Virus record (IMG/VR): IMGVR_UViG_3300025705_000005
Span: 10,486-74,485 of that record
Strand: one strand, 5' to 3'
Origin: a virus
Length of the DNA: 64,000 nucleotides
Shown here one piece after another: positions 56,907-64,000 of this stretch. Within the stretch, counting starts at the first letter, position 1; the number at the start of each line of letters is the position of its first letter. Made by a program: the position numbers and the translations under genes. The notes beneath the pieces are model-generated. The model saw nothing but the letters and a program-made list of their open reading frames with translations. It did no database searches and had not been told where the DNA came from.

Positions 56907-56938
56907 TAAATATACGAAATATAATTAACATTACCAAA
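56907..56938 (-). promoter_or_regulatory. Bacteroidota-type promoter TTTG-N20-TATATTTA for clpP-groES
   Basis: Exact 20-nt spacer; TTTGG...TTCGTATATTTA. Confidence 0.7.
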
Positions 56939-56942
56939 TTTA

Positions 56943-58097
56943 TTAGTAAGTTTTTATATCATCTTCATCAAAATCATTATATGATTCTTTATCAGATTCA
57001 TTTAATGCAGTACCATCGGAGTATGGTTTTGAGAATCCACCATATATTTTCTTATCATCTTCTTTTAAATTGCTCTCTACATTATCTAAACTTTCTAAGA
57101 ATTCTTTCTTATTCATTTTAAGTTCATCGGTATTAGTGGGTGTTACTGCTATAATCTGTTCGTTCTTCTTAATCATTTCTTCTTGATTAAGTTTTTCTTT
57201 TTTCAACTTCTCACCATTCATAATTGAATGTTTATGTAACATCTTATTTCTAGCAATATAGTAATCATCCTCATCTTCTTCTTTTCTACCAATGAATTTA
57301 TTTACAGCAAGTACCATAGCGATTGCCAATGGGTCGAATACACATACGATTAATAACGTAAACCAATTTACAATAGTAGCCATTGGTTTGTTTGTAATCT
57401 CAGCCATATATCGCAGTGGTCCAATCTCTGCAGCTACTTCATTATTGGATTCCATATCCAATACTTTTAAATCTAACTTAGTAATTGAATCGGTTAAAGC
57501 TTCCATCTTAACTGATACACCATTACGTTGTTCTTTCATATCATTTAACTGAGATGTAAGAACTCTTCTTGTTGAAGAGGATGTAGTTGTTATAATCTCA
57601 CCAGTCTCTTTATCTTTGTACTGTATGGTGTTATTAGATAACCCCTTAGTAAGTTCTGTAATGGATGAGTTTAACTGAGTTCGTTCAATCCTATAACCAT
57701 CCAATGATTCAGAGAAACGTTCTCTTTTCATTTCAACCACTTTGGTTTGTTTATCTATAATGGTTAATTGGTCAGCAGTTGTTTGATATGCTGATGTTAA
57801 GAAACCATATATACCTGCAGAGGTTATTATCATTAAGATACCAACACCCAATGTAAGATATGATTTTAGAATCCAACCAATCTTCTTCCAATGGTTATGT
57901 AGATACGATGCTACAATTAATTTAGCTAACTCTAATGCTGAAGCCATTATGATAACTTCAGTCTTAGCACCAGCGAATAAAGAACTTAATCCAAATACTG
58001 AATAGTATGCTGCTGTACCTGCTAGTGATAGCGTTGAGAATACCATCAGAAATCCAAATCCGTTCTTCTTAGAAAAAAAGTTTTTAACAATTTTCAT
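56943..58097 (-). CDS. Multi-pass membrane protein with a long coiled coil
   Basis: Three N-terminal TM segments, a coiled coil, EIGPLRY, then TM LLIVCVFDPLAIAMVLA and an acidic tail. Confidence 0.7.
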   Translation of the reverse strand: MKIVKNFFSKKNGFGFLMVFSTLSLAGTAAYYSVFGLSSLFAGAKTEVIIMASALELAKLIVASYLHNHWKKIGWILKSYLTLGVGILMIITSAGIYGFLTSAYQTTADQLTIIDKQTKVVEMKRERFSESLDGYRIERTQLNSSITELTKGLSNNTIQYKDKETGEIITTTSSSTRRVLTSQLNDMKEQRNGVSVKMEALTDSITKLDLKVLDMESNNEVAAEIGPLRYMAEITNKPMATIVNWFTLLIVCVFDPLAIAMVLAVNKFIGRKEEDEDDYYIARNKMLHKHSIMNGEKLKKEKLNQEEMIKKNEQIIAVTPTNTDELKMNKKEFLESLDNVESNLKEDDKKIYGGFSKPYSDGTALNESDKESYNDFDEDDIKTY

Positions 58098-58258
58098 ATT
58101 TCTTCCTTAAAATTAGTTTTATTAACTTCGAGTTCTGTATTTATTTACAACTATTATTAATAAGTAATAAGTAATTAGCTTGCTAGACAACCTAATAACC
58201 TATGACAATAAGTATTAAAATAATAATAATTAATACTTAAACAAGCAAAACGACCATA

Positions 58259-59164
58259 CTATGCTTTCGCCTGAATGTATTCTAAAATGGTTAATTCTTT
58301 AGCTTTTGCTTCTACCATAATATCAACATCTAAACCATAAGTATTAGGAACACTACTGATGTAATCTGAATGTGCTTGAGGTTTTAACTTATCATTACTC
58401 TCATGCAATGCTTTGGATTCTGAATAATGAACTACAGGTTTGATATCACCCCAAGTACTTACAGCAAGTTTAAGAGCTTCTTCCTCTGATAAATCTCCAG
58501 TACAAAATTTGTGGTGGTGATAATCGAATACAATAGGAATACCAATACGTTCATGTATGTACATTAAATCTTTTACAGAGTACATACTAGCTTTATCATC
58601 GTTCTCTACAGTCAGACGGGTTTGTACGGATTCAGGCAGTCTCTCAAAGTTCTTACAGAATCTATCCATAGCAGAAATCTTATCACCATACACACCATTA
58701 CAATGAATATTGAGTTTGTTGTATGGAGTACGAGATAATCCCATCATATCAAATACCTCACCATGTCTACTTAGTTCTGCGATAGTGTTATCTACCACAT
58801 GCTCACGCGGAGAAACTAATACGTTGAAAGGGCCAGGGTGAGATGTGATTCGTTGATTGTATTTATCAGCGAGATGACCTGCACCACTTAGTATATTTTT
58901 TATACGATTGTAATGTGGCATCTCTGATAATTTGTACTCAGATGCCCAAGGAAACATATCAGAACTAACCCTAAAGAAGTTAATACCATTCTGATGATTC
59001 CATTTGATAATCTCTACTAAGTCTCTTGCGTTTTGAATTCCTAGCTCAGATGCATAAGGAATACCTTTCTCTAAAAAGGTTTTTTTAATCATACTACGAT
59101 TGGTAGTAATTTTTGGCTTCTGTGAGCCAAGTGTCATGTTGATACATGCGTAACCTAAATTCAT
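58259..59164 (-). CDS. uvsE: UV-damage endonuclease UvsE/UVDE
   Basis: LGYACIN, FFRVSSDMFP, SHPGPFNVL, ENDD, FDYHHH, HYSES, AHSD and MVEAKAKE match the UvdE family. Confidence 0.95.
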   Translation of the reverse strand: MNLGYACINMTLGSQKPKITTNRSMIKKTFLEKGIPYASELGIQNARDLVEIIKWNHQNGINFFRVSSDMFPWASEYKLSEMPHYNRIKNILSGAGHLADKYNQRITSHPGPFNVLVSPREHVVDNTIAELSRHGEVFDMMGLSRTPYNKLNIHCNGVYGDKISAMDRFCKNFERLPESVQTRLTVENDDKASMYSVKDLMYIHERIGIPIVFDYHHHKFCTGDLSEEEALKLAVSTWGDIKPVVHYSESKALHESNDKLKPQAHSDYISSVPNTYGLDVDIMVEAKAKELTILEYIQAKA

Positions 59165-59201
59165 ATGTGTTATTTTTTAATTATTAATTATTAATACAGG
59201 T

Positions 59202-59233
59202 ACAATATACGAAAAATAGGGGACTTAACCAAG
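59202..59233 (-). promoter_or_regulatory. Bacteroidota-type promoter CTTG-N20-TATATTGT for uvsE
   Basis: Same TTGG...TTCGTATATT pattern and spacing as the other copies. Confidence 0.6.
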
Positions 59234-59241
59234 CCCCCTAT
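59212..59241 (-). terminator. Rho-independent terminator after the hsp20 operon
   Basis: Minus strand ATAGGGGGCTT-GGTT-AAGTCCCCTAT followed by TTTT. Confidence 0.8.
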
Positions 59242-59253
59242 GTTAAGAAATTG

Positions 59254-59439
59254 TTAAATATCTTCCCACTCTACATCCGTAACTTCTTCACAAAAATAAT
59301 AATAAGGTTCTTTCTTAAATACTTTGTCGCAATGGAGATGTTCTTTCCAAGTCTGAACAATAGGTCTATCATCGATTCGAATCCTTCTTTTAACTATCCA
59401 TAGAGTGTTGTTGATATTTAGAACTTCCCTTCGTAACAT
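59254..59439 (-). CDS. Hypothetical protein (61 aa)
   Basis: Directly downstream of hsp20 and fills the space before the terminator. Confidence 0.65.
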   Translation of the reverse strand: MLRREVLNINNTLWIVKRRIRIDDRPIVQTWKEHLHCDKVFKKEPYYYFCEEVTDVEWEDI

Positions 59440-59440
59440 T

Positions 59441-59785
59441 CTACTTAACGATAATTTCTAATACTTTCTTTTTCTTTTCTTTCATCTTTGGTATCGATAG
59501 TGATAGAACCCCATTCTTAACCCTAGCTTCAGCTTGATTGATATCCCAATCTTCGTTTAGCTTATATTGTTTATTGAATGTTCTATTATCATTCTCTCCC
59601 TCTAATGTAATAACTCTATCCTCAACTTTAACTGTAATATCTGATTTAGATAAACCAGGTACATCAAAGTTCATAGTTAATACATCATCCACAATATCCA
59701 TATTGTTTTGTTTAGTTGTGTTAGTTTTAGCTCTTTCAGCTAATTCATCTAACAGATTCCATGCGTTACTCATTGTATAAATCAT
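59441..59785 (-). CDS. Small heat-shock protein Hsp20 (alpha-crystallin domain)
   Basis: DVPGLSKSDITVKVEDRVITLEG...F..QYKL...ARVKNGVLSLSIPK. Confidence 0.92.
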   Translation of the reverse strand: MIYTMSNAWNLLDELAERAKTNTTKQNNMDIVDDVLTMNFDVPGLSKSDITVKVEDRVITLEGENDNRTFNKQYKLNEDWDINQAEARVKNGVLSLSIPKMKEKKKKVLEIIVK

Positions 59786-59836
59786 TTTATTCCCTTTTTA
59801 TTTTAGTTAAACATTTATATACGTTTATCTATAGTA

Positions 59837-59928
59837 CCAAATGTGTACCAAAGGGATTTGTCAACCTTTTTGTACAAAATAGATGACAAAATGTCAGTTA
59901 AGTTAACGTATAAGGTGACAGATTGTCA
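59837..59928 (-). promoter_or_regulatory. Sigma54-like -24/-12 element plus two TGACA-N3-TGTCA palindromes upstream of hsp20
   Basis: Minus strand TGGTAC-ACAT-TTGG at 59837-59850; palindromes at 59884-59896 and 59916-59928. Confidence 0.55.
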
Positions 59929-60384
59929 GTTTAAAGAAGTTGGTGGTCCTTGTCCGATTAATTTATAAGTTACAATCACATCCCAAGGTTCATATTTAGT
60001 AAAATCTATATGTCTGCCTGTTAGAATCATACCATTTAGTTGTAAATCATTTGCTACTTTTACGATAACATCTAATGTTGGGCCTACTATTTTAATAATA
60101 TCCCCTTCTTTACCATCTTCAAACGAAACTTTAACTACGTTTCTATCTTCTTCGAAATCCCACTTATCGTTATCATCACTTTCACCGAAACCTTCTTCCT
60201 CAGCCATCCTAAGAAGTTCATCCATTGATTCCATTTCAGCATCTTGAGCTTCCATTTCGTTATGAATAGCCATTCCAGCCAATTCTCCAATCATTAAATC
60301 ATATAGATATAACAATTTATCTTCATCTTCCAATGTTTCAAAAAAGTCAAACTCAGATTCATCCCAATATGTTGATTCGGACAT
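59926..60384 (-). CDS. Acidic hypothetical protein
   Basis: Likely start MSESTY at 60384, with AGGAG at 60391-60395. Confidence 0.6.
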   Translation of the reverse strand: MSESTYWDESEFDFFETLEDEDKLLYLYDLMIGELAGMAIHNEMEAQDAEMESMDELLRMAEEEGFGESDDNDKWDFEEDRNVVKVSFEDGKEGDIIKIVGPTLDVIVKVANDLQLNGMILTGRHIDFTKYEPWDVIVTYKLIGQGPPTSLN

Positions 60385-60393
60385 TACCATCTC

Positions 60394-60579
60394 CTATTTA
60401 TTAAAATCTTTAATAATTTCTCTAGTCAACCAAGAAGGTTCACTTGTGAAGTGTTTAAAATAAGGTTCACCAATTAGATATAGTTTAAGTTTAGACTGTT
60501 TAGTATCATCACTATCATCAGTTGATAGGATATCGATTATCCGTTGTCTGTATGGTTCATCTATATAGTGTATGCTCAT
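60394..60579 (-). CDS. Hypothetical protein (61 aa)
   Basis: ORF track; co-oriented and tightly packed. Confidence 0.55.
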   Translation of the reverse strand: MSIHYIDEPYRQRIIDILSTDDSDDTKQSKLKLYLIGEPYFKHFTSEPSWLTREIIKDFNK

Positions 60580-60601
60580 ATGTCATAAATATTGTAGGTT
60601 A

Positions 60602-61009
60602 TTATTTTTCTTTGTATATTTCATTTAGAAATATTAGAGTTTCTTTGGGTAGGGCTAATAAGGATTTTCTTACAACAGTTAAACACAACTCTAAGAATCT
60701 CTCAATGTGCATCTCTCTAAAACCCTTATCTAAAATTTTGATAATACGTTTTTCTAAATTAGCTATGTATGATGCATCAATACCTACATCTGATAGTAAA
60801 TATCGTTCAGTCATATATCGTTCTGAAAACCATTGGTGAGGTTTTGCATCCATTGTAACTGCTTGTTTGTAAACAGTATCCACATATTCACTTAAAGAGA
60901 GAATATCAGGAACAGTTTCAGAGAAATGTTTATAGTTAACCCATTCTCGGGCTGAACTCATTTCTTCATCACCCATTCCTAACTCTTTAAATAAATCTGA
61001 AGCTTTCAT
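60602..61009 (-). CDS. Hypothetical protein
   Basis: ORF track, 135 aa, co-oriented. Confidence 0.6.
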   Translation of the reverse strand: MKASDLFKELGMGDEEMSSAREWVNYKHFSETVPDILSLSEYVDTVYKQAVTMDAKPHQWFSERYMTERYLLSDVGIDASYIANLEKRIIKILDKGFREMHIERFLELCLTVVRKSLLALPKETLIFLNEIYKEK

Positions 61010-61019
61010 TGGTTATTGT

Positions 61020-61316
61020 TTATTGAAACAATCCCAACTGAATCTTTCTTCTATGGGTTTGTTGTGCATCTAAAAGTGTAGTAAATATTTTATTACACTC
61101 CGACCATGTTAAATCGATTCTTTGATTTCCTACAACTAAAGTTCCAATTGGATTGGTTTTTTCTTTGTAGTTATCTAATCGAAGATGTTCACTCATTTCA
61201 AAGTCAATTGAATTGTAGTTCTTACCATACGATGCGTTTAGTTTATCTGCGTCTTTTTTGTGAGTTGCTCCACCTTGGTTAACTCTTCCTCTTGGTTTTC
61301 CTGAATATGCTTTCAT
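61020..61316 (-). CDS. Hypothetical protein
   Basis: ORF track, 98 aa, co-oriented. Confidence 0.6.
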   Translation of the reverse strand: MKAYSGKPRGRVNQGGATHKKDADKLNASYGKNYNSIDFEMSEHLRLDNYKEKTNPIGTLVVGNQRIDLTWSECNKIFTTLLDAQQTHRRKIQLGLFQ

Positions 61317-61376
61317 GTAATAAAATTTATTTGATTTATATACTAATAAGTATTAAATAAACTTTAATAAAACACA

Positions 61377-61676
61377 TTACTTTCGGTTTCTTTTGGATAT
61401 TCTTGCAAACTTAGCTTCAAACGATTTTAAATCCATTCTCTTAGGATGTGTTCGTTCTATGTTCTGATGTATCTTCATAGTATCTGCTAACCAATACCAA
61501 GCCGCTGCTACTGTATTCTGAGTTGGTATCATATACTCTGTCATTATTTCGTTCCCAACACCATCCGAGACAAAAAACTTGCCATCGGATGTTTGTTGAG
61601 TTGAAGCGTTAGGGTATTTTTTTAAAACCTTATTCTTTAATCTTTTAAACTTTGCTTTATCAATTTCCATTTTCAA
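61377..61676 (-). CDS. Hypothetical protein
   Basis: ORF track, 99 aa basic protein; the start could be the second Met. Confidence 0.55.
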   Translation of the reverse strand: MKMEIDKAKFKRLKNKVLKKYPNASTQQTSDGKFFVSDGVGNEIMTEYMIPTQNTVAAAWYWLADTMKIHQNIERTHPKRMDLKSFEAKFARISKRNRK

Positions 61677-61884
61677 TGTGTTTATTAAATGATTTACTTA
61701 ATCGGCTATCTATGAATGATATTGCATCATTGCTATCAACATACACATCTTCAATGTCATTACCATCTTCCGTTGCGACTATATATCTACTACCCTTTAC
61801 AGTCCTCAAGCGTTCCGTAATTGTACCCACTTTGTTTTTTCCAAAGTGGTTTACAACTACTGTATCTCCATTACTATAATCCAT
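61660..61884 (-). CDS. Small SH3/KOW-like hypothetical protein
   Basis: GDTVVV...KVGTITE...YIVATEDG pattern of small beta-barrels. Confidence 0.55.
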   Translation of the reverse strand: MDYSNGDTVVVNHFGKNKVGTITERLRTVKGSRYIVATEDGNDIEDVYVDSNDAISFIDSRLSKSFNKHIENGN

Positions 61885-61886
61885 AA

Positions 61887-62087
61887 TTAAGATATAACTT
61901 TTATAATTTTAGTTTCGTTAACGTGAGTTACTTCAAACTCTAACCCATCGTTTTTAAACTCTTCATGCACTTTTGCTTCTGCATCAGTTACGGATACTGC
62001 ATGAACACAATATTGTTCCTGCATTTTCTTTTGTCTACCTTTATCATCTGTAGTTACTACTTTTACTTTTGCGATGTAATACTTCAT
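61887..62087 (-). CDS. DUF4494-like protein
   Basis: YIAKVK...KKMQEQYCVHAVSVTDAEAKV...FEV resembles the Bacteroidota DUF4494 pattern (recalled as KKVTEQYLVDALSFTEAE). Confidence 0.65.
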   Translation of the reverse strand: MKYYIAKVKVVTTDDKGRQKKMQEQYCVHAVSVTDAEAKVHEEFKNDGLEFEVTHVNETKIIKVIS

Positions 62088-62103
62088 AATTGTTTTTTTT
62101 TGT

Positions 62104-62517
62104 TTATTGATTATTAAAATTAATGTTATACTTTTCTGTTAATTGATATTCTGAAATGAGTTCGTATTCCCCATTACATTCTCCGAGCTGCATATCCTCA
62201 ACAATAGTGTGATACCATTGAACCATAGATTCCCCATCGTGCTGTCTGCCTGCCGGAATAACCATCAGTTGTATTGGTATGTTTTTATTGTGATAAGATT
62301 TCCAAAATCGAGGACCAATATCATCAGGCCCTTTGTTAAATCGTTGTCGTAAGTGATTGAAATAATCTTCATTCATTTCATCCCACTCATCATAACCATC
62401 AAATTCTTTTGATGCTTCTTCTTGAGCTTTTGCTAAAGCTTCTTTTTCTTCGGTAGATAAGAGAGTCCAAAAATCTTCTGGCACCCCATCATCGAATACA
62501 ATTTTCTCTTTACTCAT
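62104..62517 (-). CDS. Hypothetical protein
   Basis: ORF track, 137 aa, co-oriented. Confidence 0.6.
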   Translation of the reverse strand: MSKEKIVFDDGVPEDFWTLLSTEEKEALAKAQEEASKEFDGYDEWDEMNEDYFNHLRQRFNKGPDDIGPRFWKSYHNKNIPIQLMVIPAGRQHDGESMVQWYHTIVEDMQLGECNGEYELISEYQLTEKYNINFNNQ

Positions 62518-62824
62518 GTTTATAGTTTTTATTTAATACAAATCCAGTGTTACCATTATCCGTTGTAACTTCGTTTACTAATCCCTTAGTTTGTAGTTCA
62601 TCTAAGGTAGTGTTTATATTTTCTTTAACAATCTCCTTACTAACTACTTCTGCCATACCTATAAATCTATTAATAGTTTCTTCGGTACGTTCAAATTTAA
62701 TATGTTCAGTTGCTTTGTAAAAGCGAGGTCTGAATTTTCGTTCCTCAATCCACTCACCCTCAAAGAATCCATCTTCTCTGAGTAGGTTGATTACTAATTT
62801 ACATATGTCTTTATGTGTTTTCAT
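62510..62824 (-). CDS. Hypothetical protein
   Basis: Likely start MKTHKD at 62824, just downstream of a promoter motif. Confidence 0.6.
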   Translation of the reverse strand: MKTHKDICKLVINLLREDGFFEGEWIEERKFRPRFYKATEHIKFERTEETINRFIGMAEVVSKEIVKENINTTLDELQTKGLVNEVTTDNGNTGFVLNKNYKHE

Positions 62825-62838
62825 AATTATATTTTTAT

Positions 62839-62870
62839 CTAATATACAAAATTTATTTTGATTTTCCAAA
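62839..62870 (-). promoter_or_regulatory. Bacteroidota-type promoter TTTG-N20-TATATTAG
   Basis: TTTGG...TTTGTATATT with a 20-nt spacer. Confidence 0.65.
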
Positions 62871-62897
62871 TAAATCCCCACCTAATTTGGTGGGAAT
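62868..62897 (-). terminator. Terminator-like hairpin after the AAA ATPase gene
   Basis: Minus strand ATTCCCACC-AAATTA-GGTGGGGAT followed by TTATTT. Confidence 0.65.
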
Positions 62898-62923
62898 CCT
62901 TTGGGAGTAATCAAGAGTAATAA

Positions 62924-64000
62924 TTAAAATGGGTTTGAAATATCAGTTTCTTCAGATGATTCACCTTCTACGTTGAATAGATTTTCTTCTTCAGTAGAAC
63001 CAACAAACTTTTGAACATATTGTTTGATGAAAGTTCTTTCCGATTGTGCTCCACCAGCATCTTCGAATAATGGGAAGATAGTAATCTCAGCAGCTTCAGC
63101 CAAACTGAAACCATCATAGAGTAGTGAACCAATCTCAACAGCCGTTCTAGTCGATAGTGAGTTTGAAAGAGTAGGAACTTCTTTCTTCACATCATTTCTG
63201 GTCATTGAAGTAATCTTAGCAACATTAGTAAGAACAACCTCATCAACCGAAGGATACATCATCATAAGTAATGAAGTTTCTTCTTCTGAAGTTAGAGTAT
63301 CCATTTCGATGATTGTAAATCTATCAACGATAGCTCTATCCAATTGTCTAGTCGATGTGTACTCATTACCAATGTTAGCCGATGCGATGAAGGAAACACC
63401 TTCAGCAACCTTCACAACAGGTGAATCAGCGGCCTCATCTAATCTGAGGTATCTTTGCCCAGCATCCAAAACACTCATCAGAATGTTGTGAGCCTCAGGG
63501 TGTGCTCTACTAATCTCATCCAACACAATAACGGTGTTTGGAGTTTGGATAGCTTTCACAAATGGTGAAGGAGAGAACACAGTACCTTTCTTAGTATCGA
63601 ACTGAGTGTTACCGATTAGAGTAGCTCTAGGGTCTTGTGTAGAACCTAAGTTGAAGATTTCCATAGAGTAACCTTCGATTGAGTTAGCCGCTGCTTTAGC
63701 CGCCATAGTTTTACCACAACCAGCAGGCCCAGTCATCATAATATTTTTACCTCTCAGAATGTTTCTGATTAGGTACTTCCACTTCAGTTCGTTCATAAAC
63801 AACATCTGTGGTTTTAAATCTTTGGATTCGTTGTGGATGAACTTTAGGAAATCTTCTTCCATTGGTTTATCTGCAACTTCCATAGTTGGTTTTTGTTTCA
63901 TTTGAAATTGTTCCAACCCACCATTCGGTTTGTTGAAGTTTGTTACAGGTTCAGAACCATTGAACTTCTCACCTGGAACTCTGTTGAACTCAACAGAACC
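62924..64000 (-). CDS. MoxR/CobS/CbbQ-like AAA+ ATPase (N-terminus beyond the right edge)
   Basis: Walker A GPAGCGKT, Walker B IVLDEISR, ASAN and LDRAIVDRF. The frame stays open from 63916 to 64000, so the real start is outside the window. Confidence 0.88.
   Translation of the reverse strand, partial: GSVEFNRVPGEKFNGSEPVTNFNKPNGGLEQFQMKQKPTMEVADKPMEEDFLKFIHNESKDLKPQMLFMNELKWKYLIRNILRGKNIMMTGPAGCGKTMAAKAAANSIEGYSMEIFNLGSTQDPRATLIGNTQFDTKKGTVFSPSPFVKAIQTPNTVIVLDEISRAHPEAHNILMSVLDAGQRYLRLDEAADSPVVKVAEGVSFIASANIGNEYTSTRQLDRAIVDRFTIIEMDTLTSEEETSLLMMMYPSVDEVVLTNVAKITSMTRNDVKKEVPTLSNSLSTRTAVEIGSLLYDGFSLAEAAEITIFPLFEDAGGAQSERTFIKQYVQKFVGSTEEENLFNVEGESSEETDISNPF

Noticed and set aside
219-63491. All plus-strand ORFs in the track
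   Set aside because: Nearly all lie antisense within long minus-strand genes with recognisable motifs. They show the S/F/L/P-rich composition of shadow frames and no recognisable domains.
1-64000. Stop-codon reassignment (TAG or TGA), as seen in some large Bacteroidota phages
   Set aside because: Core genes are full length under the standard code, coding density is high, and TAG and TGA are used as genuine stops (e.g. 32056, 36638, 10426, 15333).
1-64000. tRNA, rRNA, integrase or transposase genes
   Set aside because: Intergenic gaps are short and AT-rich with no cloverleaf signatures visible by eye, and no ORF shows recombinase or transposase motifs. A tRNAscan run would confirm.

Overview
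The window is a 64 kb segment of an AT-rich, large T4-like myovirus genome. Every credible gene lies on the minus strand, and the standard genetic code gives intact ORFs. In transcription order (right to left) it contains: (1) an accessory/proteostasis block with a MoxR-like AAA+ ATPase, small hypotheticals, a DUF4494-like protein, Hsp20, UvsE, ClpP, GroES and an HD hydrolase; (2) a gp55-like late sigma factor; (3) a baseplate/tail block (gp5-, gp25-, gp6- and gp7-like proteins plus fibre-attachment proteins); (4) a T7 endonuclease I-like resolvase, a primase and a single-chain Mre11-Rad50 (SbcD-SbcC) fusion; (5) a 3345 aa modular fibre/adhesin; (6) modular proteins punctuated by candidate prohead-protease sites, including an HxGH nucleotidyltransferase fused to a ligase-fold domain; (7) the head module (terminase, portal, protease, ribosomal protein bS21, scaffold, major capsid), then PhoH and SGS-rich fibre proteins. 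Several independent signals point to a Bacteroidota (probably Flavobacteria-like) host: TTTG-N20-TATATT promoters, a DUF4494-like gene, a flavobacterial-type surface repeat, D(S/T)(I/L) sequons, and A-rich leaders without Shine-Dalgarno (SD) sequences. The best candidate for a novel system is a translational switch. Late structural genes carry AGGAG/AAGGA SD sequences while early/accessory genes mostly do not, and the phage bS21 appears to lack the tyrosine that helps hide the anti-SD in Bacteroidota ribosomes. Other highlights are a late-promoter candidate that is the reverse complement of the T4 one, a sigma54-like promoter with paired palindromes upstream of hsp20, and candidate virion-packaged polyproteins. 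All product calls come from motif recognition by eye; no database search was run.
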